Positions 25,401-37,770 of a stretch of 64,000 bases of DNA are shown in pieces. Position 1 is the stretch's first letter, and every line of letters begins with the position of its first letter. The stretch is from Macrostomum hystrix (lineage: Eukaryota > Animalia > Platyhelminthes): NCBI GenBank assembly GCA_950097015.1, contig CATNEN010000003.1:5890001-5954000 (forward strand), in the 5' to 3' direction. The position numbers were made by a program, and so were the translations under genes. The notes under the pieces are model-generated. The model saw only the letters and a program-made list of their open reading frames with translations, was not told the DNA's origin and made no database searches.

Positions 25401-28400
25401 TCACATCGACCTGCAGGGTTCCCGAGCGTGGGCACCTAACTCTGTAGCGAGTTTGACGGAAGAAAATCATGGACCACTCAAAACGGAAGCGTGTTCTTTC
25501 GTAACTAAAGCGCCTGTCCTGCGTGCGGACAATAAACTCGAAAGCGTCAGATGTGTTATCCATATGTCCAACCGCACCGGTTCTTAGGGTCTGGTTGAAC
25601 CAATAGGTGACACGTCCAGCGTCTACATCGCGCTGAGTGAAGCTTCCTCCGATTAGGACCTCGGCGTCGTTGAGTTTCAGAGTGCCCTGTCTTGGCTTGG
25701 ACACCAATTCGAAGAGTACAGTAGAAGGCTTCGCCAGCAGTGAGTCGTTGCGAATTCGGAACCCAACACCTGCACCGGTGCCAAACGACGTCAGCTCGGC
25801 GGGGCTTTTGACTCGCAGTAGCTCTATTGGATTTCGAGTAGACGGAGCCACTTGGATGAGCAGGGACACGGGAGCCCTGCGTAGGGTCGATTCGTAATAG
25901 AATCCACGTTCTTTGTCCGTGTCTTCCAGCGTGAACTCAAAACCGTCTAAACCTAAAGGTGGCTCCAGGAGGCTTCTATACCAGATCGCTGTGCCATTGT
26001 TAACTTCAGCCTGGGTGAATGTGTCATCTATTCTAAGAGGCGACTTGCCTAAAATTAAAACGCCTTTCTGTGGTGCTACTCTAATCCTATATACCAATTC
26101 CTGCGCTGGAGTATCAGCATCCGATGCGTTCAAGATATTCTTGCTGATTGGCGATGACTCGTGAGCTCGCAGCGACATTGATCGAACAGTGGTTAGAACT
26201 GGTGGCTCTACATCTAGTCGAACAAGTTGCACGGGAAGTATACCCGAGGCGGACTTGCCAATCCAGTTCGAGCGAACGTCGATTAGTAGGTCCGATATTG
26301 GTTCAGAGCAGCCAGTAGCGTTGAATAGCACCCTTCGATCCAATATGTCCGACATCAAAAACAGAGTCGGATCGGAATCATTAACAAGCGGACTGCCCTC
26401 AAGGTCGATGGAGTAGCAAGGTCTAGCGCCAGACTCGAGCTGCGGACTAAACTGAAAGCTGGCCGAGCTTTGAACCTGGTCTTTATAAAACACGCTCACT
26501 TCTTCTGGCGTAATCTTTGTTATTGATCGGGTGTTTGCCCTTAGTCCCGATGTCCTAATTAGCAATAGGTCAAGCACCTCTATCGGCTTAGGAACTAAGC
26601 TCAGCGGCAAATTAGCTGCGTCAGTTGTAAAACGTCCGTCGGTAGCCATCAGTCGGATCTGCGCTGTCGTGGCTGAAGCAACCACGCCTAAGTCAGGGCG
26701 CGATGCTCGAACAGAAATTCGGCCTTGCTGAATGTCGCGCTGACTGAATCTATCGCCTAAGCGCAGAGGGACAAATCGCTTGCGTGATCGAGTTTCTATT
26801 GCAGTTTTAACTAACTCTGCCCGCAGCAAGTCGCAGTTTACGGGCAGTGCAACAACAGAAATAGATATTGCTTCCATTGGAGTGTCCGGATCTCGAACTA
26901 GCAGGTGATTTTCAGTCAGCTCCACTGTTTCACCATAAAACAAGCGTAATGCAGTCTTAGGAGGCGTAAATATGGGCGGCTGCTCGTTTTCTGTTGCTAT
27001 GGCAACGCGGCATATCTTAGAGACCCGATAAACTGGATCAGAAGCTTCGATTACGAAGCTGTCATTGAGAGATGTAACGTCTAAGTCTTGTCGATAAACG
27101 AGGCGCATATAGTTTAGGTTTCTCCTAGTGAACTGTCTATTCGAAATCTCGGTAACCCTTTTGCTGATCTTTGCAGTGAACCAGTCCTGAAATAGTGTGC
27201 CAACTTTAGGCAGCTGTCGAATTTGAACAACGATTTCTTCTTCAGGAACGTCTGCATCAGCGACGGATAGATTCAAGATCCGCGATTCCCCCTTCCTGAT
27301 GGAAAAGTCTGTGAGATTTACAACTGATGGTAATTCATCCGTCACTGGGTAAATAAACACCTGAACTGTTACCGGTCGCGACTTTCGCGTCCCGTCTGAT
27401 GCAATCACAGTGAAATTGTCCCGCGTGTACTCTGTGCCATAGTTTTTATTCTGAAAGAAAACCACCTGGCCATTGAGTAGCTGTTGCTTAGTGAACTCGC
27501 TTATCAAATCGCCGCTTCCGTTAATAAGGCGAATCTCTCCGTGCCGAGGGGCCTCCTGAACGCTCAGAACTAATCGCTCAGCTTCCGTATCTGCATCTGT
27601 CACCTTGATGATATTTCCGGACAGAATTGTGCTGCCGCCCTCCTTCACCAACACCTGAGCGCCGTCAGCAATCGTTGGCGGCTGATTATCAACCGGTTGA
27701 ATAGAAAAGGTCAGTCGGTGGGTTTGCCAGTCGGATCCGCTGTAGACAAACATGGGACAGATGTCAACAATCGGCCTAGGCCCAATTTCACCAGTAGTAT
27801 GGCGATAGACAATGCGACCGGAGCGCAAGTCCTCGTGATTGAACTGCGTGACGCTTCGGCTGGATCCGTCCACCAGCTCAAACTCGCCCTTGACTGGCCG
27901 CTCACCTTGCAGGTAAGAGATCTGGCGAGGATCCATCGTTTCGCTCTTCAGCTTGGGAAACATCTCGGTGGTTAGGACTGTCTGACCACCCTCCTGAACG
28001 TAAATCGTATTTTTTGCATAGAACTTAGTCCCATAGTCCCAGGCCAAGCGCTCCGTGATGTTCACGTAAATGTTGTACTCTTGACTGCTCTGGGTACCGT
28101 CGGTCGCTTGAAGAACGAAATAGTCAGCTGCACTTGTCGATCCATCGTGAAGGTAGCTAAATTTAGTTTGAGAATATTGAATACAAAATTACATTAGATA
28201 CACAAGCATTAGCAAGAGAAAATATAATAAGTTCTTCCACAATGGAACAATTAGATTCACTAATTGCGGTTTAGAGTTTCCACACAGTTAAGGCCACAGT
28301 TGGTTTCCGTGTGCAGCTGTGATAAGGCACTCGCGTTTTATGCATGTAGCCAACAGATAAAATGTGTTCTCAAGTGCCTGCAGATTTTTGCTGCTATACT

Positions 28401-31400
28401 GAGATTACGCAATAACTATTACTAAGCAGCGACGCTATCATTAAACTGGTCCGTAAGTAATTAAGGTTCTGATGCAATCTAATTGTTATAGTCGAAAAAC
28501 CTGCCTGTAAGCAGTAAACAATGGCTTTTGTGCTTTTCGTTGGTTCTTTCTGTAAAAGGCCCTTAATTAGTTATAATTTTTATTTCTTCCTAAATCTGAC
28601 TAAAGATTCGTAAACTAACTCCAGAGTGTCCACGCTCTCAAGAATGGTTTTTACTGAGAAGTCTGAGACCCAATTTGTCACCCGCTGTGAAGAAAACGCG
28701 TGGCAGAGTCCCATTTAGACAGGTGGGAGAGTAATTCCGTGCTTAAGTGAGTGCATCTATATTTGGTATCCAACTGAAAGACGATTTTATACAAATTCGA
28801 ATGCATTCTAGAAAGAAATGGTCAAACAATTTCTGACAAAGCTTTTGACAGACGCTTCAAAACTTCAAGTAGTCTAAATTGGACTGATCCATACTTGAAG
28901 CAGAATATATCTTAAACGTATCCAGTAATGTTCGTCTTTACTGTGAAAAATTGGGATTGCATGAAAGAAACAATTTATTAAGGATAGATTTTCAGCCACA
29001 TTTCTGTGCGACTAGGGCAAGAAAGGTTGGGAAAAATCTGTTCCCGGGATATATCCATGCAGAGTCCCAGCCAAGTGCTTTCCATCATCTGAATAGGATG
29101 CAGCCACGGACTTCAGCATTTTGCATAGCTTAGGTTGGCTATACTGAAGCTTTTCAGGAAATGCTGCACATTGCGAACAAAGTTACTGGCGGAAATGAAA
29201 GAATGCGAGATTTTTTGTAACTGCCAATTGCCATTTGCGCAACTTAATGGACAGAGAAGAGAATAGAATAGAAATGGTAAAAACGTTTAAGATAAACAGG
29301 TGCAAAATCTAATAATTTTTCCAAACGTGCTAGGCATTTCAACGTATTATAGATGGCATTCTAGATTGTTTTATCTGCCTTCAGAGATTTATTTCAGATC
29401 CTAGGGTGGGGTCCTACTCGTACTAGTGATCAATGTCAAGTGCTAGATAATGCATGAGGCTTCAACACATGGCGTAATTTGATACTTGACGTGAAATCCC
29501 TGTGGGAATTTGTGATTTGAATGCCAAAATGTGAATTCCAAATTACCATGGAATGCACTTTGATATTAAATATAGAAAATTCTTTTAATTGGAAGATTTC
29601 AATGATACGAGTTATTGAAAATTCAGTGGAGCGATGAAAAGCATAGGAACTTGAGCATTTTGAAAAGTTTCTCTAAAAACCAAGTTTATGTCTGCAAAAG
29701 GGTGGAACAGAACTATTTGAATATTTAAGGTAATTCAATTTGCGAGGAAATATATAGGTCCTGATGTAATTTGAAAATGTGAAGCTGAAGGAATTCTTAC
29801 CTTATTTTACCAGCGCGCACTCGACCAACCTTGAACCAAAGTCCGGCAGCAATGGAGACCTCTTGATCGTACAGTCGTCCATGCTTCGGCTCCTTAATGA
29901 GACGCAGAGTCAATTGGTCTACTTCCGTATCGATGTCGCTGGGTTGAAGGTGTTCTGGCTTAATAATGAGTCGCTTGCCACGCTCAACACTGAGTCTTTG
30001 CGGGTCTAGCTCAGGTGATTGGTTGTCAACTGGGAGTACAGTGAACGCCAGCTTGTGCGGTGACGCCTTGTTCCGCAGCGAGTCTAGCGGCTGCAGGTAG
30101 ACATTCACAGCCCGACTCACTATTCCAACGTCGTTTAGGGGTGGAATATACAAGACGTTTCCACTGTCGACGTCTTCCTGGGTAAATTTTGACAGGCAAC
30201 CGACTTCTTTAAACGAGGTTATGCGCACTTTTGCTCTCACGTTGTCGCCTGTCGTGAAGATTCGTTCGAGTTTCCGTTTGTCTAACAAACGTCCCGCATC
30301 AATGCTCAGGTTCGAGCCGACGTAGTACGGCTGGAGCACAACTTCGTAGATAATCTGGTTCGGCGACAGTCCCGTTGTTTCGTAGCGGAGGAAGTCGCGA
30401 GTCAGGACGAAGCTACTGTCGGTTTCCATCAGCGACGGGGCAGTCAGGTAACGCGCCGAGCGATTGATCAGCGCTGCTCTAGGTCGCTGTTGTAGTCGGA
30501 TTCGGACGCGCAGCGGAGTGAAGTCAGGGCGGCCGGCCTGCTTCAGTGTCAAGGAGTCCCAGACATTTGTCTGCGCAGACTCTAGCTCCTGTCGCTGCCA
30601 ATAGCAGACCAGATTGCCGTGCAAAAGATCACTCAGAGAAAATGATAGGAAAGTCGACCCGAGGCTTGAGCTACGATCCAAGTCTAAAAATGGACTTGCA
30701 GCTCTAGTCAGCCTGCCGTACTCGGGTCTCTTGACAACTTCATAGCGCAATTCGATGCAGTCGTGCTTTAGCGTGCGTAAGACGCTCTCGTCTAGTAGCT
30801 CCGCCCCAAAGCAGACCTGACTGCCCGGGCCAAGCCTGTACCCGACATTTGACGACTTCAGAGTGGACACCGAATCCCACAAACGAGTCACGTGAATTGG
30901 GAATTTGAAATTAATCGGCGCGGTTCTACTATCAGGCTCCCTGACGCTCATCTCGATGCTGTCCTGCGACGGTATATTGCCATTGTGAGTGTAGGTTATG
31001 ACAAAGTCGGCTTGATTGCTAAGTGTTCTGTAATCAAAGGACTCTATTGGTGCATTGTTCATAAGCATTCGACCACTGTAGGGCTCTCGCTGGATTTGAT
31101 AATTGACCAGCTCGCATGAGGATCCAGAGCAAGGCAAGTTGGCCGGACTGAAGCGAACAGTAGCCAGGGTGTATGCCAGCATTGGCCTGGGAAACAGTTG
31201 CAGGGACCGGTTGGGAACACTCGACAGCTGCAAGATCACTTCGGGACCCTCCTGAAAAAAGGCGTCGATCGGGCGCAGCCGGATCCGCAGCTCCACTCGG
31301 TCAGTGGCAGTGGGGCTAGCGAACTGGAAAGCCACTCGACCGTCGCGCAGGTCGTTGGATTTAAAACTGCCGATAGGACCAGCGGTTGGCTCACGCATGT

Positions 31401-33228
31401 CGACAAACGAGGCATTGATATTGAAGGAAATTACAGACTCGATTTGAGTCACCTGAATAATTAGTCCACTGTTGATACTGGCTCCACTGTCGTCAGTTTC
31501 AGTCCCGCCTGATGGGTCATCTGATGAAGCGGCTCCTGGAGAGTCGGCGGAAGCTGCTAAAACAGTCGGTATTAGCAGCAGATCTGATGGGAGCGTCACT
31601 GGCAAGCCTCCCGTGTGTGCAAGAGAGACCGAGCTCTGTCTGAGCTGCAGCTGAGGCGCAGGACTTTTCTGTGCCCTGTCAATGCTCACGGCAATGTAGA
31701 AGTTCTCCGTAGTAACAGCGCTAGCACCGCCTTCGGTTGAGTAAGTTTGGTTCAGCCGCAACAGATGAACAGTCACCGGTATGTAGTCAGTATCAGGACT
31801 GGGTGGTCGTCGATGCTCGTATCGATAGCCTGCTAGCAAGAACTCATGGCAGTCGTGTCGAAAGTTTTTCACCCTCGAACTTTGGTCATCTAGCAGACGG
31901 CCGACCATTGGCCAAGGTCGGAAGGCAAGGCTACCTCGAGCTGAATTCTTTTCATCGTAGGTCACAGTGCACCGCGTTGTGTGCGGGTCGTAAGCAAAGT
32001 TCAGGGCATTGGAGTCGATTGGAGCAGAGGTGCCTCGGAACCGGGGCACTGTAAGAGGCCGCGGCCCAGGAATCACAATGTACTCAGTTGCGACACTGGA
32101 TTGCGGCTTTCCCACGGCCCCTTGACTGCGTTTAGCCCGAAGCTGCACCGTTACCGCTAGTCGAATGGGCACGGCTTCGCTCCGGTTGCCAGGCTGGAAG
32201 CTGTAAACCAGCAGACGGATCCAATCGTGCGAACGCAGTGGGGAGCCTTCGTGCTCATAAAACACGCTGCCCTCTTTCGCGAAACAATTGAATACCTGAG
32301 AATAGAAAGTAAATATACTTACAATTACAATTACAATATATTACAATATATTACAATAATTACGTTAGATACACCAGATACGACCTCATGTCTTATGGCG
32401 CTAGAAGCGTACAACATAATATTTTTTATCAAATTGTATTCGTATTTTGTATAATCGATCGATTCTACGATTTAAATTGGTAAGGGGGTGAGAACTGAGC
32501 GGTCAAACCCGTTTGCCTCTCGCACCAAGGTCCCTGAGCTCGATTCCGCGGCGAGGCCACGTTCATTTGGGGCGCAGCCGCGGAGAGAAGGCTTGGGGGC
32601 TTGACATGCAATTTAGGCCCTTGAGTACCAATCTTCGACTTCAAGGCACATTGATCTGTGCACTGCCTGACGATGAGAAATTCACACACTTGTACACACC
32701 TGTGTGAGCGTGTGCCTGCGTACAGTATGTGTGTGCGTGTGTGCTCAGAAGTCAGCAAAATTGGCAGAATTGCCTCTTCGTTGGTTGCGGGTCTAGTGTC
32801 ACCAGGTTTTGTGCCATTTCCCGCAGCCCTCCTGCGATTATTATTGTTATTATTCAAATATTTGTTTACTAATTCTTTATAAGGAAAGATTCTGTACGAG
32901 ATGTAGTGGTAAGAATTATAATGAAAATAAATATTTGCAGCAATAAGGCGAGAGTTCGGTGATCAAGAACAAACGGTCTCACCTTCGGCTTAACCTGGCC
33001 CACAGTTTGAGTCAGCGGATCGCTTGAGTCCACCTCAACGCGGCACAAGCTGTCAATCTCCTGCCGTCGGATCAGCAGATGAGCCTGGGTCAGCGGCGCG
33101 GACTTGCCTTGAAGCACCCGAATAGGCGGACGAGGCACATTGGGAACTATGGCACTTCCGGAGATATTTGTCCAGGCTATCAGTGTTGTCAGCAGCAGCA
33201 GCAGCTGCATCTTCTGCTGCACAGCCAT
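22461..33228 (-). CDS. FREM1: FRAS1-related extracellular matrix protein 1-like; 8 exons 33228-32983, 32295-29801, 28156-25287, 25185-24938, 24683-24381, 23826-23574, 23488-23315, 22789-22461 (~2305 aa)
   Basis: Signal peptide; FREM1-type N-terminus (CRVEVDSSDPLTQTVGQVKPKVFNC..YEHEGSP); many CSPG repeats (PVDNQPP, DADT, FTQ.DV..G.V.Y); Calx-beta-like segment; C-terminal C-type lectin (CPTGW..YWIGL..W.PG.P..DC..YVC). All introns are GT-AG and the exons sum to 6918 nt, divisible by 3. Confidence 0.9.
32485..32853 (+). mobile_element. tRNA-derived SINE family B in FREM1 intron 1
   Basis: B-box-like gctcgattcc, conserved body gggcgcagccgcggagagaagg..ctgcctgacgatgagaaa, 3' stem-loop and (ATT)n tail; five other copies in the window. 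Confidence 0.85.
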
Positions 33229-34400
33229 GGATGATAATAGAAGGGCCAGTTGTTGCAAAAAACGGCGAAATGACGAACACACAATGTTAGAGGTTGCTTT
33301 TGTTCTCGCCCGCAAAGCTCAATTGAGTGTTTTTATTGGACTGTACCCAGTAATTATTGCTGTGAAACTATTTTTGCTTCCCAGGGTTAAAGCCAAACGA
33401 ATAATATAATGTAGCTCTGGCCCAATGACTAGCCTGTCCAATGATTAGATAGTTATACAGAGAGTGTACATTTCCAGCCACGCTCTATACTACTCACAGG
33501 AGTTTGTTTCCAATATTTATTCGAGAAAAAGAACCACGAAGACAGAGTTTTAAAACTTTGACGTCTTGCATGTGTGGCGAGACGGTAACTAACTTTAAAA
33601 ATGAAAACCGTGACAGTGTGAAGCTAATGCCAGAACTGACCCATTACTGTCCACTTTTTTCCAATAATTTCGTTATATTTTTCAAAGTGATTTTTTTTTA
33701 ATGCAACAGTGAGTGGAGAACTCACCTTTTAAAGCTGGCCGCGTTTTTGATTAGTGTTTTAGTGTTTTCTAACTAGCGAAATCCAAGTCTCTTGTGATCG
33801 TCTGCAAACCAGAGAGTTCTCTTTTATTGAGATTTCAACAGAAGTCGCTTATTATAATAAGCACTAGCGGTTTCTAAGGTCGAGCAACCGATTGTCAATA
33901 TTTGCTCACCATTGCCTGGGTCAATAATGCGACTAGAGATGCCTCCAGGTAGACCAACGAGACCCGCCAGGTGGAAGGAATTAATTAGAAATCTCACTGA
34001 GAAGCTATTGCAGGCAAGAGACACACAGCTAGACGTGCTTCAGACTGTGTGCCCCCCATCTCACGGCAATAAACACTGTGCAAAGCCAGTCCACAAAAAA
34101 TGACTTTGTTGTTTTTTGTCTTTGTCAACTAAAACCTCTAAAACCAGAAAGTTATTCTATTAATAGAATAACCTTTTCTACTCTCCTCTGATTTCTATTT
34201 GCGACGAGAAATGCAAAATATACGCTTGTAAAGTGGCGTGTTGGCAATGAAGCGGCTCACTGAAGGCATAAACTAACTGGTAGCCGTTGCTGAAGCTGAG
34301 GGTGGTCTGCCAAAGGTAGAGGGGTAGAGGGGAAGCGGCAGGACAATGATGTGGGAGTAGAAGGTCCTATGGACTAGTCAGAAGCCTAAGCTCTGTTCCT

Positions 34401-34642
34401 AGGTTGTAGCCTAGTGGTTAGAGCGTCGGACTCACGACTTGAAGGTCGGAGGTTCGATTCCCGACTCTACTGGAACAATTTGTGTCCTTTAGCAAGACGC
34501 ACAACTTTGTATTGCTTCAGTTCACCCAGCTGTTAAATGGGTACCAGCATCAGCTGGGATAATTGAGGGTGGGTGTGGCGTCCCCCCAGTCCATGGACTG
34601 AACAGCCGTACGCAGCCTTCAGATGCGCCGCGCAATAGCTGT
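34401..34642 (+). mobile_element. tRNA-derived SINE family A (CORE-like central domain), full length
   Basis: A-box TAGCCTAGTGG and B-box GGTTCGATTCC; central tgtgtcctttagcaagac..gcttcagttcacccagctgttaaatggg resembles the MIR/CORE domain; short (TCA)n tail. Confidence 0.88.
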
Positions 34643-35169
34643 CATCATCATTGCCTGTGCACCTGATGTGCGTTTGAAAGCTTCAACAAATTATATTTCC
34701 AGTAAATTTTTTATTCACTTTTTTCACCTAAAAAGCCTAAAATAGTTTTCTGTAATCATTTTAGGGCCCTCCAATGACATCGTTTCTGCACGAGTTTCCA
34801 AACAAAACTGTCATTCTGAGAGGAATGACAATGGAAATACTGAAATATCTATTGGAACAGTTGGAATTTAGGTTCGCCCGTTCTAAAAACTTTTGAAGCA
34901 TCGTGTAAAAAGTATATATTTTATTCAGCGTCGTTTTTTAAGAAACTTTACTGAGAGGAAATCTATTTTAATGTATCGCGAAAGACTCGGATGATGGCAC
35001 ATGGCTCGACTTATTTCACTGGCTGCGTTATAGAGCCACAGAGAGGGGTTGGTTTTAAGGGCCGCTTTCTAATTTGTTGATTGTCTTATTTCTTCGATAT
35101 TGTTATAAAATAGGAGTCCGACATTGCCGCCGCACCGTTCACCAAGACGACGGCGCGCGACGCGGTCAT

Positions 35170-36280
35170 CGATTGACTTACTTGACTTAGCGGCAGGGGG
35201 CCTCCATGACGGACGCAGCGAGGAGGCGGCTGGTGCCGCCCATATCGCTAACCCCTGGCAGCCAGACGGCCTCCAGCGAGGCGGTGCCGCTCAGGGTGGT
35301 CCGTCGGTCGGTTCCGCCGCGCGATCTTCCTCGCCATTGGCTGGGAAGAAATCAGCTCGGCCGGTATCCCGGAGGAAGTGGGCGAGCTGTGGGATGTTCT
35401 CGGGCGAGCAGGCTTCGGCAAGAGTCGGTGCCGGCCCGAGATGCTTTAGCCTAGCCCGGGTGAAGGCCGGGCAGTGGCAGATGAAATGTTCGGCGTTTTC
35501 ACGTCCGGAGCAGCAGAAGGGACACGTTTCCTCAGGCACGTGGCCTTGGAGGTAGCGGTGTCTGGTGAAGCAGCCATGTCCCGAAAGGGCCATGGTGACT
35601 GCTCTCAGGTCTCTGCGGTTTAGCCTGAGTAAGGCCTTACGCAGGTTACTAGAGGGGGTTGGCACCGCAGCCCTGGACTGGCGACAGTTCAGGGTGCTGG
35701 ACCACCTCCTCCGATGTTGGGTCTCCATCCAGCGGTTGATGCTGGAGTTGACAACAGAGGCGGGGATCGGGGATTCCGGGCCCGGGCCCATCAGGGAGCC
35801 GGCTGCTCCAGCCTTTGCAAGCTGGTCCGCCATCTCCTTCCCTGTGAACCCGGCATGCCCAGGGATCCACATCAGCTCCACCTTATTAGACTGCGCCAAC
35901 CCGTTTAACTGGGTGTTGCAGTCCAAGGTGGTTCTGGAGCGAGAGGTGCAGCGGCTGAGGGCCTTGAGGGCTGCTTGACTGTCGGAGTGAAAAAAGATCC
36001 TCCGACCAGCCAGCTGCCTCTGGCGCAGCTCAGCCGCACAGAAGCTGATGGCGAGCACTTCGTTTTGGAAAACGCTAGAGCTCTTGCCACAGTATTGGGA
36101 GTGGGTCCAGAGGACCTCACCACCCGAGGCGACGCACACTCCGAATCCCGATTTACCGTTCATCAGAGAGCCGTCAGTGTAACAGTGGACTGCCGGGTCA
36201 TCCCAGCAGTCCTTTACCTCATTACGAGGGGAGATGCTGACTTTGTACCTGTGGCTCCGGAGTAAAGTGGCCGGGGCCCC
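35170..36280 (-). mobile_element. 5'-truncated non-LTR retrotransposon (I-group, LOA/R1-like): RNase H plus C-terminal CCHC knuckle
   Basis: [39 protein letters not shown] (RNase H) and [14 protein letters not shown]; stop at 35291, then a 3' UTR ending in short TAAGTCAA repeats. Confidence 0.9.
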
Positions 36281-37629
36281 GTCCGGCCACTGCGACGGTC
36301 ATCGATGCGACGGTCATCGATTTCTCTTCGCCGCTATTTCAAGAGTCGACGTCGATCCTTCTGCCAAGACCGCCGCCAGAATCCAAGCTGTGGAATGTTT
36401 TCACTCCACTCACCCTGGCAACCTGGCTAGTCACCACTAGCCTTCTCTTAGCAGCCTTCTGTACATGGCTGTTGGTCTATTTTTCACCGTTTACTGCATA
36501 CAACATGGGGCTAGAATGGGCCATTGCTGATGAGATCTTGCTGAAGGAGTACTGGACGGCTATTGGTAGCTTCCTGCAGCAGGGTCAGGACTTTTATCCC
36601 ATCGCAAAGTCACCAAGAACGGTAATGACCTTCTGGTGGCTATTTACTGTGATCATCTATGCCGCCTATGCAGGTGAAAACTGTCAAAATTAAACATTTA
36701 CCTAACTGCTCACTCTGCTTGACCAGCTTGTTCAGTGTCACCCCATAACTGTCTCAATATTTTTACCTTCAGGTGATCTTACTGCTCACCTTACTGTCAC
36801 CATCACCGACTTTCCAATCAAAAGTCTGGACGATCTAGCCTCACAAACAGCGATCAAGCCTTACACTTATCCTGGAACCAACTTTCACAACTTGCTGAAG
36901 ACTGCTACATCTGGTGTGTACAAGAAGATTGCAGACATCATGGTCGAACTGGGACCCTATGATAAGTGTCCATCAAATGTAAGCGTGCCTTTTGGCTGTT
37001 CTGCCATCACGCACTGGAATCAAATGATTCATGCAGTTACTCATTAGATTTACTCAATCGATTTTTTAGTATCGATTGAGTATCGATAACTTCTAACCTA
37101 ATAATTTCCAGCCGCCAAAGCATGAACAAGCGTGCCTCACTGACTACACCTTCCAACTGGCTATCGCAAAGAACAACTGCTCCCAATTTTACCTAGCCGA
37201 TGAGTTTATTCGACACCTTTACAGTAGCCTTCATGTTCCCCAGAGGATTCCATCTTTGCGGATAAAATTAACTTTCAGTGAGCACTGAAAATTAACTGCT
37301 ACTTTTGTTAGTTATTATTTCATTTTTAAGCTAAACCATGAAGCACAATGCAACAATAGTCTGCAGAAACTGCACGAGACTGGACAGATGCAGCGCTGGT
37401 TTCAGCTTTATTGGTCCAGCGACAAAGTGTGCACCATCGGCACATCCACCGAAGCTGACAGCATTAACTTAGAATGTGTCGGTGGCTGCTTCATCGCCGC
37501 ATTCAGCCTGTACAGCCTCGGCCTTCTAATCCTGCTGCTGGAGCTGATTTGGACGAAGGTAGCCAACAAGCAACCGCTTGACTGCGGGCTCTACTGACGG
37601 AAATGGACAACGAAAAGGAACACTTTTAA

Positions 37630-37770
37630 CAGAAAAATTCTAGCGGAACAATTCTGGCGGAAACAGTTCTAGCGGAACACGCTTTTAACGGAACACTTCT
37701 AGCGGAACACGCTTTTAACGGAACACTTCTAGCGGAACAATTCTAACGGAACAATACTATCGGAACAAAT
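37630..37770. repeat. Degenerate short tandem repeat (TTCTAGCGGAACAC-like)
   Basis: Directly visible downstream of the IR stop codon. Confidence 0.75.

Larger units (their letters stand above)
34280..37597 (+). pseudogene. Divergent ionotropic receptor (iGluR/IR family), disrupted by frameshifts and a LINE fragment
   Basis: S1 piece GPPMTSF..RGMTMEILKYLLEQLEF (34765-34871); pore region AIGSFLQQG..PRTVMTFWWLFTVIIYAAYAG|DLTAHLTV; PIKSLDDLA; LHETGQMQRW; M4 GGCFIAAFSLYSLGLLILLLELIW. Indels in the exons at ~34930-35050 and ~37200-37245; the S1-to-M1 linker is missing. Confidence 0.8.

Noticed and set aside
25637-32054. Short plus-strand ORFs overlapping FREM1 exons
   Set aside because: Antisense shadows of long GC-rich coding exons.
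34401-34475. tRNA gene (also 11365-11438 and the family B heads)
   Set aside because: A/B boxes are present, but the acceptor stem is poor and the sequence runs into a repeated SINE body.
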